Assembly (NCBI GenBank): GCA_023441805.1
Contig: JAEZNO010000025.1
Span: 13,284-77,283 of the forward strand
Source of the DNA: Bacteroidota bacterium
GTDB lineage: Bacteria; Bacteroidota; Bacteroidia; Bacteroidales; Lentimicrobiaceae
DNA length: 64,000 nucleotides
Reading direction: 5' to 3'
Both the position numbers and the translations under genes were made by a program. The notes beneath the pieces were generated by a model that saw nothing but the letters and a program-made list of their open reading frames with translations, was not told the origin of the DNA and did not search any database. Of this stretch, positions 50,958 to 59,661 are shown piece by piece; position 1 is the first letter of the stretch; every line of letters starts with the position of its first letter.

Positions 50958-51530
50958 ATGTTCAGCTACAAAGGTAGGAAAATTCAATTAAGACCACTTC
51001 ACCGGGATGATATTGAAAGAAGTATCAAATGGCGTAATGACCCTGTAATCAGAGACATGGCATTAAGTTACCGTTATCCGGTAACAGAACTAATGGAAGA
51101 ATCATGGTACAAAAAGATGTTGACCGGTGAAGATAGATCAACCGTCTATTTTTCCATTGAGAACCTTGATGATGAGAACCATATTGGCTTCATTCATCTG
51201 TACAACATTGATTATTTGGCGCGTGTAGCTTATTTTGGTGTTGTAATAGGTGAAAGATCCGAACACGCTAAGGGGAAGGCAACTGAAGCAATGCATATTT
51301 TGTTCAATTATGCATTTCTTGAATTGAATTTGAGGAAGTTGAATCTTGAGGTAGCATCATTTAATATAAGAGCGTTAACATTGTATAATAAGTTCGGCTT
51401 TGAGAGCGAAGGATTGTTGAAACAGCAGATTTTTATCTCAGGCAAGTATTATGATAAGCATTGCATGTGCATTTTCAGGGATAGTTATTTTGAGAAATAT
51501 CCCGATTATAAACGACACTTAATTGATTAA
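50958..51530 (+). CDS. GNAT N-acetyltransferase (RimJ/SpeG/PseH-like)
   Basis: WRNDP, GKATEA, LNLRKLNLEV, N.RA..LY.KFGF..EG. Confidence 0.88.
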   Translation: MFSYKGRKIQLRPLHRDDIERSIKWRNDPVIRDMALSYRYPVTELMEESWYKKMLTGEDRSTVYFSIENLDDENHIGFIHLYNIDYLARVAYFGVVIGERSEHAKGKATEAMHILFNYAFLELNLRKLNLEVASFNIRALTLYNKFGFESEGLLKQQIFISGKYYDKHCMCIFRDSYFEKYPDYKRHLID

Positions 51531-51572
51531 GAGTTGAAAAACCATGAATAAAAATGTACTACAGTCTGCAAT

Positions 51573-54137
51573 CTAGAATGCTATTTTTAAGGAGAAATTG
51601 AACGTTCGGGGAGGGGACCAGAAGCCGGTAAATGTGTTTAGATCATGCGAAACTCCATCTTCTCCTCTCATTATGTATTCATCATTCATAACATTAAAAA
51701 CATTAACTCCTGCTGTTGCTTTCAAATCAGCGATTTTAAAATCGTAGAATAGATGAAGATCAACATTATGATAAGAGGGGAGACGGTATGGCTGTTCACG
51801 GTCATCCGGATTATTTCGTAAGGCAGGATCGAAATTAGCATAAAGTCTGTCGAAAAAAAGCCAGTTTGCATTTAAGGTAAAATTACCCGGCATTCGCAAG
51901 TCACCATTCAAACCAAATTGCAATTGCGGAGCATCACCAACCCATAATCCATTTGAATAAACGCGGGTCGAGTCAATAAGTACCTGGTCATTATTATACA
52001 GCTCTGCTTCAACATCGTTTGTCCACTTCCAGTTGCCATATGAGAATGTCAAACCAAGGTCGAGGTTATGAAATATTGTTGAATTAGCCTCAATCTCAAT
52101 GCCTTTGTGGAGAGCGTCAAGTCCTCGTATCAAAGCGCGTGTCTGCTGATCATTCTCTAATTGAATATTTTCGCGTGAGAGCAAGGATTTATCCTCCCAT
52201 GAAGTATAGTAGAGATTTAGGTTCAAGGATGCATTTTGACTTTTGTAACCATAGCCTGCTTCTACAGCCTTAATCTTCTCGTTAGCCAGGTTTTCAACAA
52301 CAACATTACTGAAATTCGCAAATACGAATTTAAAGTAAGGAGCTTTAGAATAGTAGCCGGTATTTAAATACACATTATGCGATTGATCGATATTATAGTT
52401 TACTCCGGCTTTTGCATCAAATCCGCTTTTTGAAACAAGCTGACTTTCCGTATCCTCAATATAATTAATCCTGTCAATTCGTCTGTACCAGTGTTGTGAG
52501 AAAGTAGAAGCAGCAAAAAGCTTGACTTTCCCCAGGTCATACTCCATCTGAAGAAATGCACTTCCTATATCGACTCTCGAGTCGTTATCTACATTTATTA
52601 TATCACCCACCGTTTTAATTTGTTCTCTACCTGCAATTCCGGCCATAGACCAATAATAATTATCAAGCCAGAAATTACCACCCAGCAGGTCCTTTATTTC
52701 CTCACGAAGATTTGATTTGAAATATCTAAAATGCACTCCGGTTATCATTTTTAACCTATTGGTAAGATAATAATTAAGGTTAGACAGTACTCCATACCAG
52801 GTATGGTCGGCAATGTATTCAGTTTGTACTATTTTAGAAAAGCCTTTTACGTAACTGCCATTTGCAAGAGGAGCTGAGTCACTATTAGTAATATTCTGAA
52901 GATAAATGGCATCCCAGTCTATCTGGTTATTTTTTCGAAAAGATAAAGCAGGCTGGCTCATAAACGATTCGGAGAAGTTGCCTCCACCATGCCCAAACGA
53001 CAGATAAGCTGAAGTGGATAAAAGTCCGTTCTTAAGGTTCATATAATGATTCAGAGCTAACTGTGGTTTGTGGTAAAAGTTTTCCGCCAAACTCCTGATC
53101 TTACCATTAAAGAAACCCCAGTTAGGATTATAACGATTACCTAATCTGTCGAATTCATCTTTAGTGAGGCCAAATGTTCGCTGACCGTGCCTTTCAGGAG
53201 CACCGAGACCGGTAAATACAAGGGTATGACGGTTATTTAATTGCTTACTAATAGTAAGAAACCATGCCCATGAATTCACATAGGTTGCATCAATATAACC
53301 AGGCCCTTCAGTATGCGATCCCAGAAATGTTACAGCCATGTTATTATCAAGTTTTCCGGTTGACAGCATGAGGGTCATTTTCCGATTACCATAATCACTC
53401 GCTGAAAAGCGGATGCTACCTCCTTTTCGTGCATCAGTTGACTTGGTTATTATATTAATAGTACCACCCACAGAATTTAATGCTACACGTGATGCACCTA
53501 ACCCTCTCTGGACTTGAATAGTTTGTGTTGCATCACCCAATCCTGCCCAGTTTGACCAATAAACCAGACCATTTTCAACACTGCTGACAGGAATACCATT
53601 AAGAAGCAGAGCAATATTTTCCTGTTGGAATCCTCTGATGCTTATTCGTGCATCGCCTGTTCCGCCACCAAGTTTAGTTGCATATACACCGGGAACCATT
53701 TTCATCACTTCAGGATAATCCTGATTTCCCATCTGTTGTTCTATCACAGCAGGCATTATATTTGACATGGCTACCGGGGTTTCCCTCTCACGCGAATAAC
53801 TTGATAAAATAGTTATTTCGTCAAGTCCTGTAACAGACGGCTCAAGCGTTACCCGAATAAATCGACTTTGTTGACTGACTTCAATAACTTTGTTAAAAGT
53901 CTTATATCCAATATAACTGACTGTTAGTTTGTGATTTCCGGAAAGAAGATTAAACGTAAAATGACCGGATGCATCCGAAATTGTTCCTTTTTGAAGAGAA
54001 TCAACAGTTACATTAGCTCCGGGAATTGAAAAGCCGGTTGATTCATCAACTACCTGCCCCCTGAAGGTTATCTGTGTAAAAGAGAGTAAGGGTAAGAAAA
54101 ATGCAAATGAGAGTATTGATAAAAATCTGTTTAGCAT
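51573..54137 (-). CDS. TonB-dependent receptor, candidate riboflavin transporter
   Basis: Signal peptide, N-terminal carboxypeptidase-regulatory-like domain, plug motifs (ISIRGF, IQVQRG, GGTINIIT), C-terminal Phe; lies under an FMN riboswitch. Confidence 0.9.
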   Translation of the reverse strand: MLNRFLSILSFAFFLPLLSFTQITFRGQVVDESTGFSIPGANVTVDSLQKGTISDASGHFTFNLLSGNHKLTVSYIGYKTFNKVIEVSQQSRFIRVTLEPSVTGLDEITILSSYSRERETPVAMSNIMPAVIEQQMGNQDYPEVMKMVPGVYATKLGGGTGDARISIRGFQQENIALLLNGIPVSSVENGLVYWSNWAGLGDATQTIQVQRGLGASRVALNSVGGTINIITKSTDARKGGSIRFSASDYGNRKMTLMLSTGKLDNNMAVTFLGSHTEGPGYIDATYVNSWAWFLTISKQLNNRHTLVFTGLGAPERHGQRTFGLTKDEFDRLGNRYNPNWGFFNGKIRSLAENFYHKPQLALNHYMNLKNGLLSTSAYLSFGHGGGNFSESFMSQPALSFRKNNQIDWDAIYLQNITNSDSAPLANGSYVKGFSKIVQTEYIADHTWYGVLSNLNYYLTNRLKMITGVHFRYFKSNLREEIKDLLGGNFWLDNYYWSMAGIAGREQIKTVGDIINVDNDSRVDIGSAFLQMEYDLGKVKLFAASTFSQHWYRRIDRINYIEDTESQLVSKSGFDAKAGVNYNIDQSHNVYLNTGYYSKAPYFKFVFANFSNVVVENLANEKIKAVEAGYGYKSQNASLNLNLYYTSWEDKSLLSRENIQLENDQQTRALIRGLDALHKGIEIEANSTIFHNLDLGLTFSYGNWKWTNDVEAELYNNDQVLIDSTRVYSNGLWVGDAPQLQFGLNGDLRMPGNFTLNANWLFFDRLYANFDPALRNNPDDREQPYRLPSYHNVDLHLFYDFKIADLKATAGVNVFNVMNDEYIMRGEDGVSHDLNTFTGFWSPPRTFNFSLKIAF

Positions 54138-54193
54138 GACATCCCGAATTAAGAAACAAATAAATGAATCAGAAACTCCAGGACAGAATTACT

Positions 54194-54234
54194 AAACATA
54201 ACAGCATACAGATAAGACCTGTTGCTGCATTATA
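54194..54234 (-). terminator. Possible riboswitch expression-platform hairpin
   Basis: Minus strand GCAGCA-ACAG-GTCTTAT-CTGT-A-TGCTGT followed by TATGTTT, directly 3' of the aptamer. Confidence 0.5.
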
Positions 54235-54348
54235 ATCTTCTTCCATCCAGACTATACTGTCGGTACCGTAATTTAACCGGTTCAGTCACTTATTCAAGTG
54301 AGTCGCGGACTATACCGCCGATCGGGAATTTCACCCTGCCCTGAAGAT
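54235..54348 (-). ncRNA. FMN riboswitch (RFN element)
   Basis: Minus strand ATCTTCAGGGCAGGGTGAAATTCCCGATCGGCGGTATAGTCCGCGA...CCGGTTAAATTACGGTACCGACAGTATAGTCTGGATGGAAGAAGAT; TAATTTTG promoter box just upstream. Confidence 0.95.
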
Positions 54349-54505
54349 TTCGGGTGCAAAATTATCTAAAAATTCTTAATAATCGATTTTATCCTTCTTG
54401 TATTTCAAATAAGTCGCTAATAATTCTGTTAAATTCTCATTTTTAATGTATTGGGGAATCCAAAAGGGACGCTTTTCAAGAGTTAAAGTCTAATTAAAAC
54501 TGTAC

Positions 54506-54596
54506 TCCCTTTACCCTCCCTTTACCCTCCCTTTACCCTCTCCTTACCCCTGGGGTAAAGGGAGGGTAAAGGGAGGGTAAAGGGACCGTAAACGGA
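54506..54596. repeat. Palindromic array of 11-bp units: (TCCCTTTACCC)x4, CTG, (GGGTAAAGGGA)x3 plus one decayed unit
   Basis: Read directly; the fourth left unit is TCTCCTTACCC and the last right unit is CCGTAAACGGA. Confidence 0.95.
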
Positions 54597-55278
54597 TACC
54601 TTGTTTAGTATAGTGATGGCCTGACTTCATTCACCCAACCATAATTCTACATTTAACAACAATAATTTGACTTCGCTCACCGATTGTGGTTAAAATTTAC
54701 GCATTATTATCAGGTTACTATCACCAACCTGGATTGACTTCGCTTCACACAAAATCCACTTTTATGGCTGTTCCGTTAAGCTCACCTGCTGATGAAGGTA
54801 TTCGTATCGTAAGGGAAAATAGTGCTTAGGTTCGTATTAATTACAAGCCGTTTCTGGTAGTAAGTGGTACAACTTCGAATAAATTGCATCAGTTATTGGC
54901 AACCATATTGCGACCATATAAAGACCTACATCCTACCACTAATTATGGTCGGAATCCAGTTTGTATCCAATACATAACTGATACCTGGCCAAAATGGTAT
55001 ACAAGACAACCATAAGGGACCATTAAAAGAAATGTATACCACAATATTTGAATATTTTAGTACAACCTTTAAAGGATGAATTGATAATATAGCCGACTAA
55101 ATTTAAGCATAGAAAGCAAATACTGATAAATTCAAAAGATTGTACTAAATTTACATCCATTAATAAATCATCAGGATTAATTGCGTAATTAGAATTTTAG
55201 TGAATACTAGTGATATTTTATCTGTAAATTTGCTCCCATTGATTGAATAGTTAAGCCATTAGCTTATCGATAAACTAC

Positions 55279-58098
55279 ATGGATAAAGAAAAATCAGTCA
55301 CGGCCTCTCCTTATTTGTACAACAGGGCTTTTGCCAAGCTTCCTTTTCCTCTGATTCTTGTGGATGGTGAACTGAATATTGTTGATATAAATGACAATGC
55401 CAGTCATTTGACAGGTTTAACTAATCTATGCATTGGGAAATCCCTCAATGATATATTCCAGGTTAACAACATCTCCAATGTAGTTGAATTTGCGGCTGAA
55501 CTTGATAAACCACAACCGGTAGAAGTAATTCTCAGAAGTCAGGTTTCATGTAGTTCTGAAATCCATCCGTCTCCTTACATATTAAGCCAAATGGCGCAAT
55601 TGGAGAGCGGTTATCTTATTCGAATTGAAAAGAAACTAATCGTAGGAAACTCACTTCCTGAACACATTGAGATTAGCGATACTAAAATTATAAGCGCAAT
55701 TCAGGCAATTTCTAACACTGCAACTCATGCATTCTCCATCGTGGATTTGGATGAGATGAAGTATATTATTAGAAATCTAGCACATTTTGAATTAGAGAAG
55801 AGGGTTATACCCAACAAAGAATATTTGAATATGCCACTCCTTGTTGACTCTTCAGTCCCATTGAACGTCTACAGGGAAACAATGGAACAGGCAACAGTTC
55901 CTTTTATTGAAAAGCATGAGTATCTGGGAGTTGATGGACAAAAGCTCTACTATGAGGTATATGGCTATCCAATTTTTACTAATGACAAGCGCCATTTAAT
56001 AATACTTCATTATCGCGATATCACGAAAGAGAGAATGGCTGAGAATTCTCTTATTGAGCTCAATAAATACATGGAGGATATCCTTACCAATCTGCCGGGA
56101 ATGATATTCAGGTGTTTGAATGAACCAAACTTCACTATGGAATATCTTAGTGGAGGGTGTAGAGCTTTGACAGGGTATCTGCCTGAGGAGCTGATAAATA
56201 ATGCAAGACTCAAGTTTGGAGATATTATATTTCCTGAAGATAAGGAAATGGTCAGATCCCAAATTCAGCAAGCTGTTTCTAAGCAAAAATATTACAATAT
56301 TAAGTACCGGATTATTCACAAGAAAAAGCACATTATTTGGGTTGCTGAAAGAGGAAGAGGTTCGTATGATGAGGAAGGAAATGTAATTGCAATAGAAGGT
56401 TTTATATCAGATATTTCTGAAGGTAAGATTGCTGAAATTAATCTCAAGAAAGAGTTGATGATTAGTGAGGCAATCGCTCATATCAGTATGGAACTTCTGA
56501 AGGATGAAGTTACGCCGATTAAGATATCAAGGTTAGTTCAGGAATACATGAAGGAAATTACCGGTAGCAAATTATCCTTGATATATTCACCTGAGGAAAA
56601 TGGAAGTGGTTTCTCATTATTTAATCATAGTGATAATGAAGAACTTATATCGGTCAAGACTGCTGACTTTACATTAAATCAACTCGAATTTCTCACATTG
56701 CTTGCCGAGTCAGGCACTCCAAAGATATACAACGAACCGACTAGTGTTTTCCTGCCCGGATTCTCAAGTGAAGCAATCAATATTTCGAGCTATTTAAGTG
56801 TACCTGCATTCATCAACAATAAGCTCTCCGGTTTACTGATTCTGGGGGAGACCCTCTCAGGTTATGATGAAGAGTCTATTGCAGTTGCACAAAGATTCAT
56901 TAATATGTTTGCTCTGGGCCTCTACCGACTTAAAGCTGAAGAGTCCCTGCAGGATGCCAAAGTCAAAGCCGAAGAATCTGATCGACTAAAAAGTTTGTTC
57001 CTGTCAAATATGTCGCATGAAATACGTACACCGATGAATGCGATAGTCGGATTTGCCGAGATGCTACAGGATACTGATCTAGAGGTTGAACAGAAGAATA
57101 AATTCCTTGAAGTAATTATCAAAAGTGGCGATAATCTTCTAAGACTTATCAATGATATAATCGATATATCCCGCATCGAAGCCGGACAACTAAAATTAGA
57201 TTATTCTGATTGTCTGGTGAATGAGATGATAAATGACCTGGAGATTTACTTCAAACAGGAACTTGTAAGGCAGAAAAAAACAAATATCCGATTATTCACC
57301 CGACTTGGTCACCCTGAAAGCGATTTTACTCTTAGTACCGACTGCGTTAGATTGAAGCAGGTGCTTAACAATCTGATTAGTAATGCAATTAAGTTTACTG
57401 ATGAGGGCTTCATTGAATTTGGATACCGAATAATTACCGGGCAAATTGAGTTTTTTGTCAGAGATTCCGGAATCGGAATACCCGCTGACATGAAGAAAAT
57501 TATTTTTGAACGCTTTGGACAAGTTAGAGAAGCCATATCACGAAATCAAACAGGTACAGGTTTAGGATTGACCATCTCAAAGAACTTAGTGGAGATGCTT
57601 GGTGGTTCAATTTGGGTTGAATCTTTTCTTGGTGAAGGATCAACATTCTACTTCAATCTTCCTTTGCGCTTAGGCTTCCACGTTGCTGATCAAGTTAAAA
57701 AAGACACCGATTCGGATGGTCAGCAAGTCTTTACACTTCAGGGTAAAACCATACTCATTGTTGAAGATGTAGATACCAATTTCTTTTACCTGAATTCACT
57801 GTTGTCCAGATATAATGGGAAAATTATAAGGGCAACCAATGGCAGAAAAGCTGTTGAATTGGTGCAGACAGATCCCACAATTGACCTCATCCTGATGGAT
57901 ATTGAGTTGCCAATATTAGATGGATATAAGGCCACAATAGAAATCAGACAAATACGCCCCGAACTTCCGGTAATAGCACAAACAGCTTTTGCCATGATGG
58001 GTGAAAGAGAACGGAGTAAGGAGGCAGGATGCAATGATTACATAGCCAAACCTATCAGGAAGGAAGAGCTAATCTCAATTCTTAAAAAGTACATTTAA
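55279..58098 (+). CDS. Cytoplasmic hybrid sensor histidine kinase (PAS/PAC-GAF-HisKA-HATPase-REC)
   Basis: FLSNMSHEIRTPMN, NLISNAIKFT, DSGIGI, GTGLGL, C-terminal REC (LMD, KP); no transmembrane segment seen. Confidence 0.93.
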   Translation: MDKEKSVTASPYLYNRAFAKLPFPLILVDGELNIVDINDNASHLTGLTNLCIGKSLNDIFQVNNISNVVEFAAELDKPQPVEVILRSQVSCSSEIHPSPYILSQMAQLESGYLIRIEKKLIVGNSLPEHIEISDTKIISAIQAISNTATHAFSIVDLDEMKYIIRNLAHFELEKRVIPNKEYLNMPLLVDSSVPLNVYRETMEQATVPFIEKHEYLGVDGQKLYYEVYGYPIFTNDKRHLIILHYRDITKERMAENSLIELNKYMEDILTNLPGMIFRCLNEPNFTMEYLSGGCRALTGYLPEELINNARLKFGDIIFPEDKEMVRSQIQQAVSKQKYYNIKYRIIHKKKHIIWVAERGRGSYDEEGNVIAIEGFISDISEGKIAEINLKKELMISEAIAHISMELLKDEVTPIKISRLVQEYMKEITGSKLSLIYSPEENGSGFSLFNHSDNEELISVKTADFTLNQLEFLTLLAESGTPKIYNEPTSVFLPGFSSEAINISSYLSVPAFINNKLSGLLILGETLSGYDEESIAVAQRFINMFALGLYRLKAEESLQDAKVKAEESDRLKSLFLSNMSHEIRTPMNAIVGFAEMLQDTDLEVEQKNKFLEVIIKSGDNLLRLINDIIDISRIEAGQLKLDYSDCLVNEMINDLEIYFKQELVRQKKTNIRLFTRLGHPESDFTLSTDCVRLKQVLNNLISNAIKFTDEGFIEFGYRIITGQIEFFVRDSGIGIPADMKKIIFERFGQVREAISRNQTGTGLGLTISKNLVEMLGGSIWVESFLGEGSTFYFNLPLRLGFHVADQVKKDTDSDGQQVFTLQGKTILIVEDVDTNFFYLNSLLSRYNGKIIRATNGRKAVELVQTDPTIDLILMDIELPILDGYKATIEIRQIRPELPVIAQTAFAMMGERERSKEAGCNDYIAKPIRKEELISILKKYI

Positions 58099-58273
58099 TA
58101 ATAGCTCCGGAGTCCGTCAGATTAAAGACTGTATCAATCAAATTAGAGATTCCTACAGCTGTTCTCCACATGTCTAGGATAATCCTTCTTTTTACCCTAA
58201 ATATTGAATCATCAGATCCTCCCTAAGTTAAAACTTCACATAGAGTTTTTTCAAGTTGTAAGATTGTGTTTTG

Positions 58274-58924
58274 TCAAATTCTGCTCATCACATTCTGAAC
58301 GATCAAATCGCAGTACTTCAGGTTAAATTCATAAATTTCTTCAGCAGAATAGGATTTTTCTATTTCTTTCCTCATCATAGCTTTAGCCCTGTTAAGCTTT
58401 GTTCTTACGTTGGCTTCGCTAATATCCAAAGCTTCGGCTGTTTCGATTCCTGATAAGCCTGAAATCTCCCTCAATGAAAATACTAATCTGTAATCTTCGG
58501 GCAATGAAGTAAGTGCATCTTCAATTATTCTATTCAATTCATGGTTTGTGGCAGTTTTATCGGGATCAGCTGTTTCCATAGTGAATATAGGTGTCGTAAC
58601 CTCATCTATTACAATATCTGAAAGTTCGTATTTGAAACTGAATTTAAGTTTTTTTCGGTAACAGTTACTTAACATGATTCTGATAAGCCACGTTTTAAAT
58701 GATGACCGTCCCTCGAACTTTGCCAGACTTCTGTAGGCATCCACAAATGTATCCTGCATCAGATCCTGAGTGTCCTCATGATTGTAACCGTATGACCGAC
58801 CGGTCTTATACAGGAATGGATTATTTCGCCTTATAAGGATTTCAAATAATTCCTTTTGTCCGAGCAAAACTTCCTGTATAATCTCCGTATCAGTATAATT
58901 ATCCTGAATTTTTATATCACTCAT
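58274..58924 (-). CDS. ECF RNA polymerase sigma factor with short C-terminal extension
   Basis: DLMQDTF, SSFKTWLIRI, LPEDYRLVF, TAEALDISEANVRTKLNRAK; tail YEFNLKYCDLIV. Confidence 0.9.
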   Translation of the reverse strand: MSDIKIQDNYTDTEIIQEVLLGQKELFEILIRRNNPFLYKTGRSYGYNHEDTQDLMQDTFVDAYRSLAKFEGRSSFKTWLIRIMLSNCYRKKLKFSFKYELSDIVIDEVTTPIFTMETADPDKTATNHELNRIIEDALTSLPEDYRLVFSLREISGLSGIETAEALDISEANVRTKLNRAKAMMRKEIEKSYSAEEIYEFNLKYCDLIVQNVMSRI

Positions 58925-59382
58925 TTCACTGTTTCTTTTTTCATCTGCCTATTATTATTAAACAAATATCCGGAGGCTGTTGACTTATCTTCTGAAATTT
59001 CGTTGCGCACCCTTGTCAGTTTCGACATAGCATAGGCACTAATTGCCATAACCAGATCACGGACAGCTACATCAAGATAATGACCACTTGTTAGTAATGT
59101 TAATGCGATGACAGTTAACCATCCTGCAACAATAATTCCTCCAAGTGCCGGTCTGCTTAACACAATTATACCCGCTATTATTTCTATCACTCCGACGATC
59201 ATCATAAATACCTCCGCCGAAACAGGACTAATATCCAAAAATGCAGGACTTAAATATTGAGTCCAGTCGGTTAAAAGATTTGTGAATTTATCAATTCCGG
59301 CAACAATAGGTACAATACCAAATGTCAGTTTGAGTATTGATTGTACCGATTTAAATCTCTGATCAACAACTATTGAGTTCAT
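58921..59382 (-). CDS. DoxX-like membrane protein
   Basis: AGIDKF..LLTDW..YL, VGVIEIIAG, DVAVRD; four hydrophobic segments; overlaps the sigma gene start by 4 bp. Confidence 0.7.
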   Translation of the reverse strand: MNSIVVDQRFKSVQSILKLTFGIVPIVAGIDKFTNLLTDWTQYLSPAFLDISPVSAEVFMMIVGVIEIIAGIIVLSRPALGGIIVAGWLTVIALTLLTSGHYLDVAVRDLVMAISAYAMSKLTRVRNEISEDKSTASGYLFNNNRQMKKETVK

Positions 59383-59610
59383 GGTTTTAGTTTTTTAGAT
59401 TAATGTCCTTTATAATATAGAGTAGGTGATGATCATAAATGTTACAAACAATGCACAGTATTATGGCATGAAAATCAGCATGTCACAAAACCAGAACTTC
59501 AGGTCAGAAATCTAATCTTTTAAATAGAAGGAACCTGTCCATATGGAACTACATTCGCACAATATTGAACGACTTGAAAAACATAGAGGAACTTGAACAA
59601 TACTTAAGGA

Positions 59611-59660
59611 TTTGAACCCACTGGAACTATTTTGAACCATCTGGAACAACTTTGAACCAG
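59611..59660. repeat. Decamer tandem array with alternating TTTGAAC/CTGGAAC units
   Basis: TTTGAACCCA CTGGAACTAT TTTGAACCAT CTGGAACAAC TTTGAACCAG. Confidence 0.8.
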
Positions 59661-59661
59661 T

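Noticed and set aside
54235..54348. TPP or cobalamin riboswitch, the usual partners of Bacteroidota TonB receptors
   Set aside because: The sequence has the FMN hallmarks AGGGCAGGGTGAAATTCCC and AGTCTGGATGGAAGAAG, not TPP or B12-box motifs.
54506..54596. Telomere-like repeat or eukaryotic contamination
   Set aside because: The unit is an 11-mer, not TTAGGG or TTTAGGG, and it sits in continuous Bacteroidota-type sequence.
54622..54790. Possible degenerate CRISPR array
   Set aside because: Repeats are only about 14 bp, spacing is irregular (46 and 67 bp), and no cas gene is in the window.
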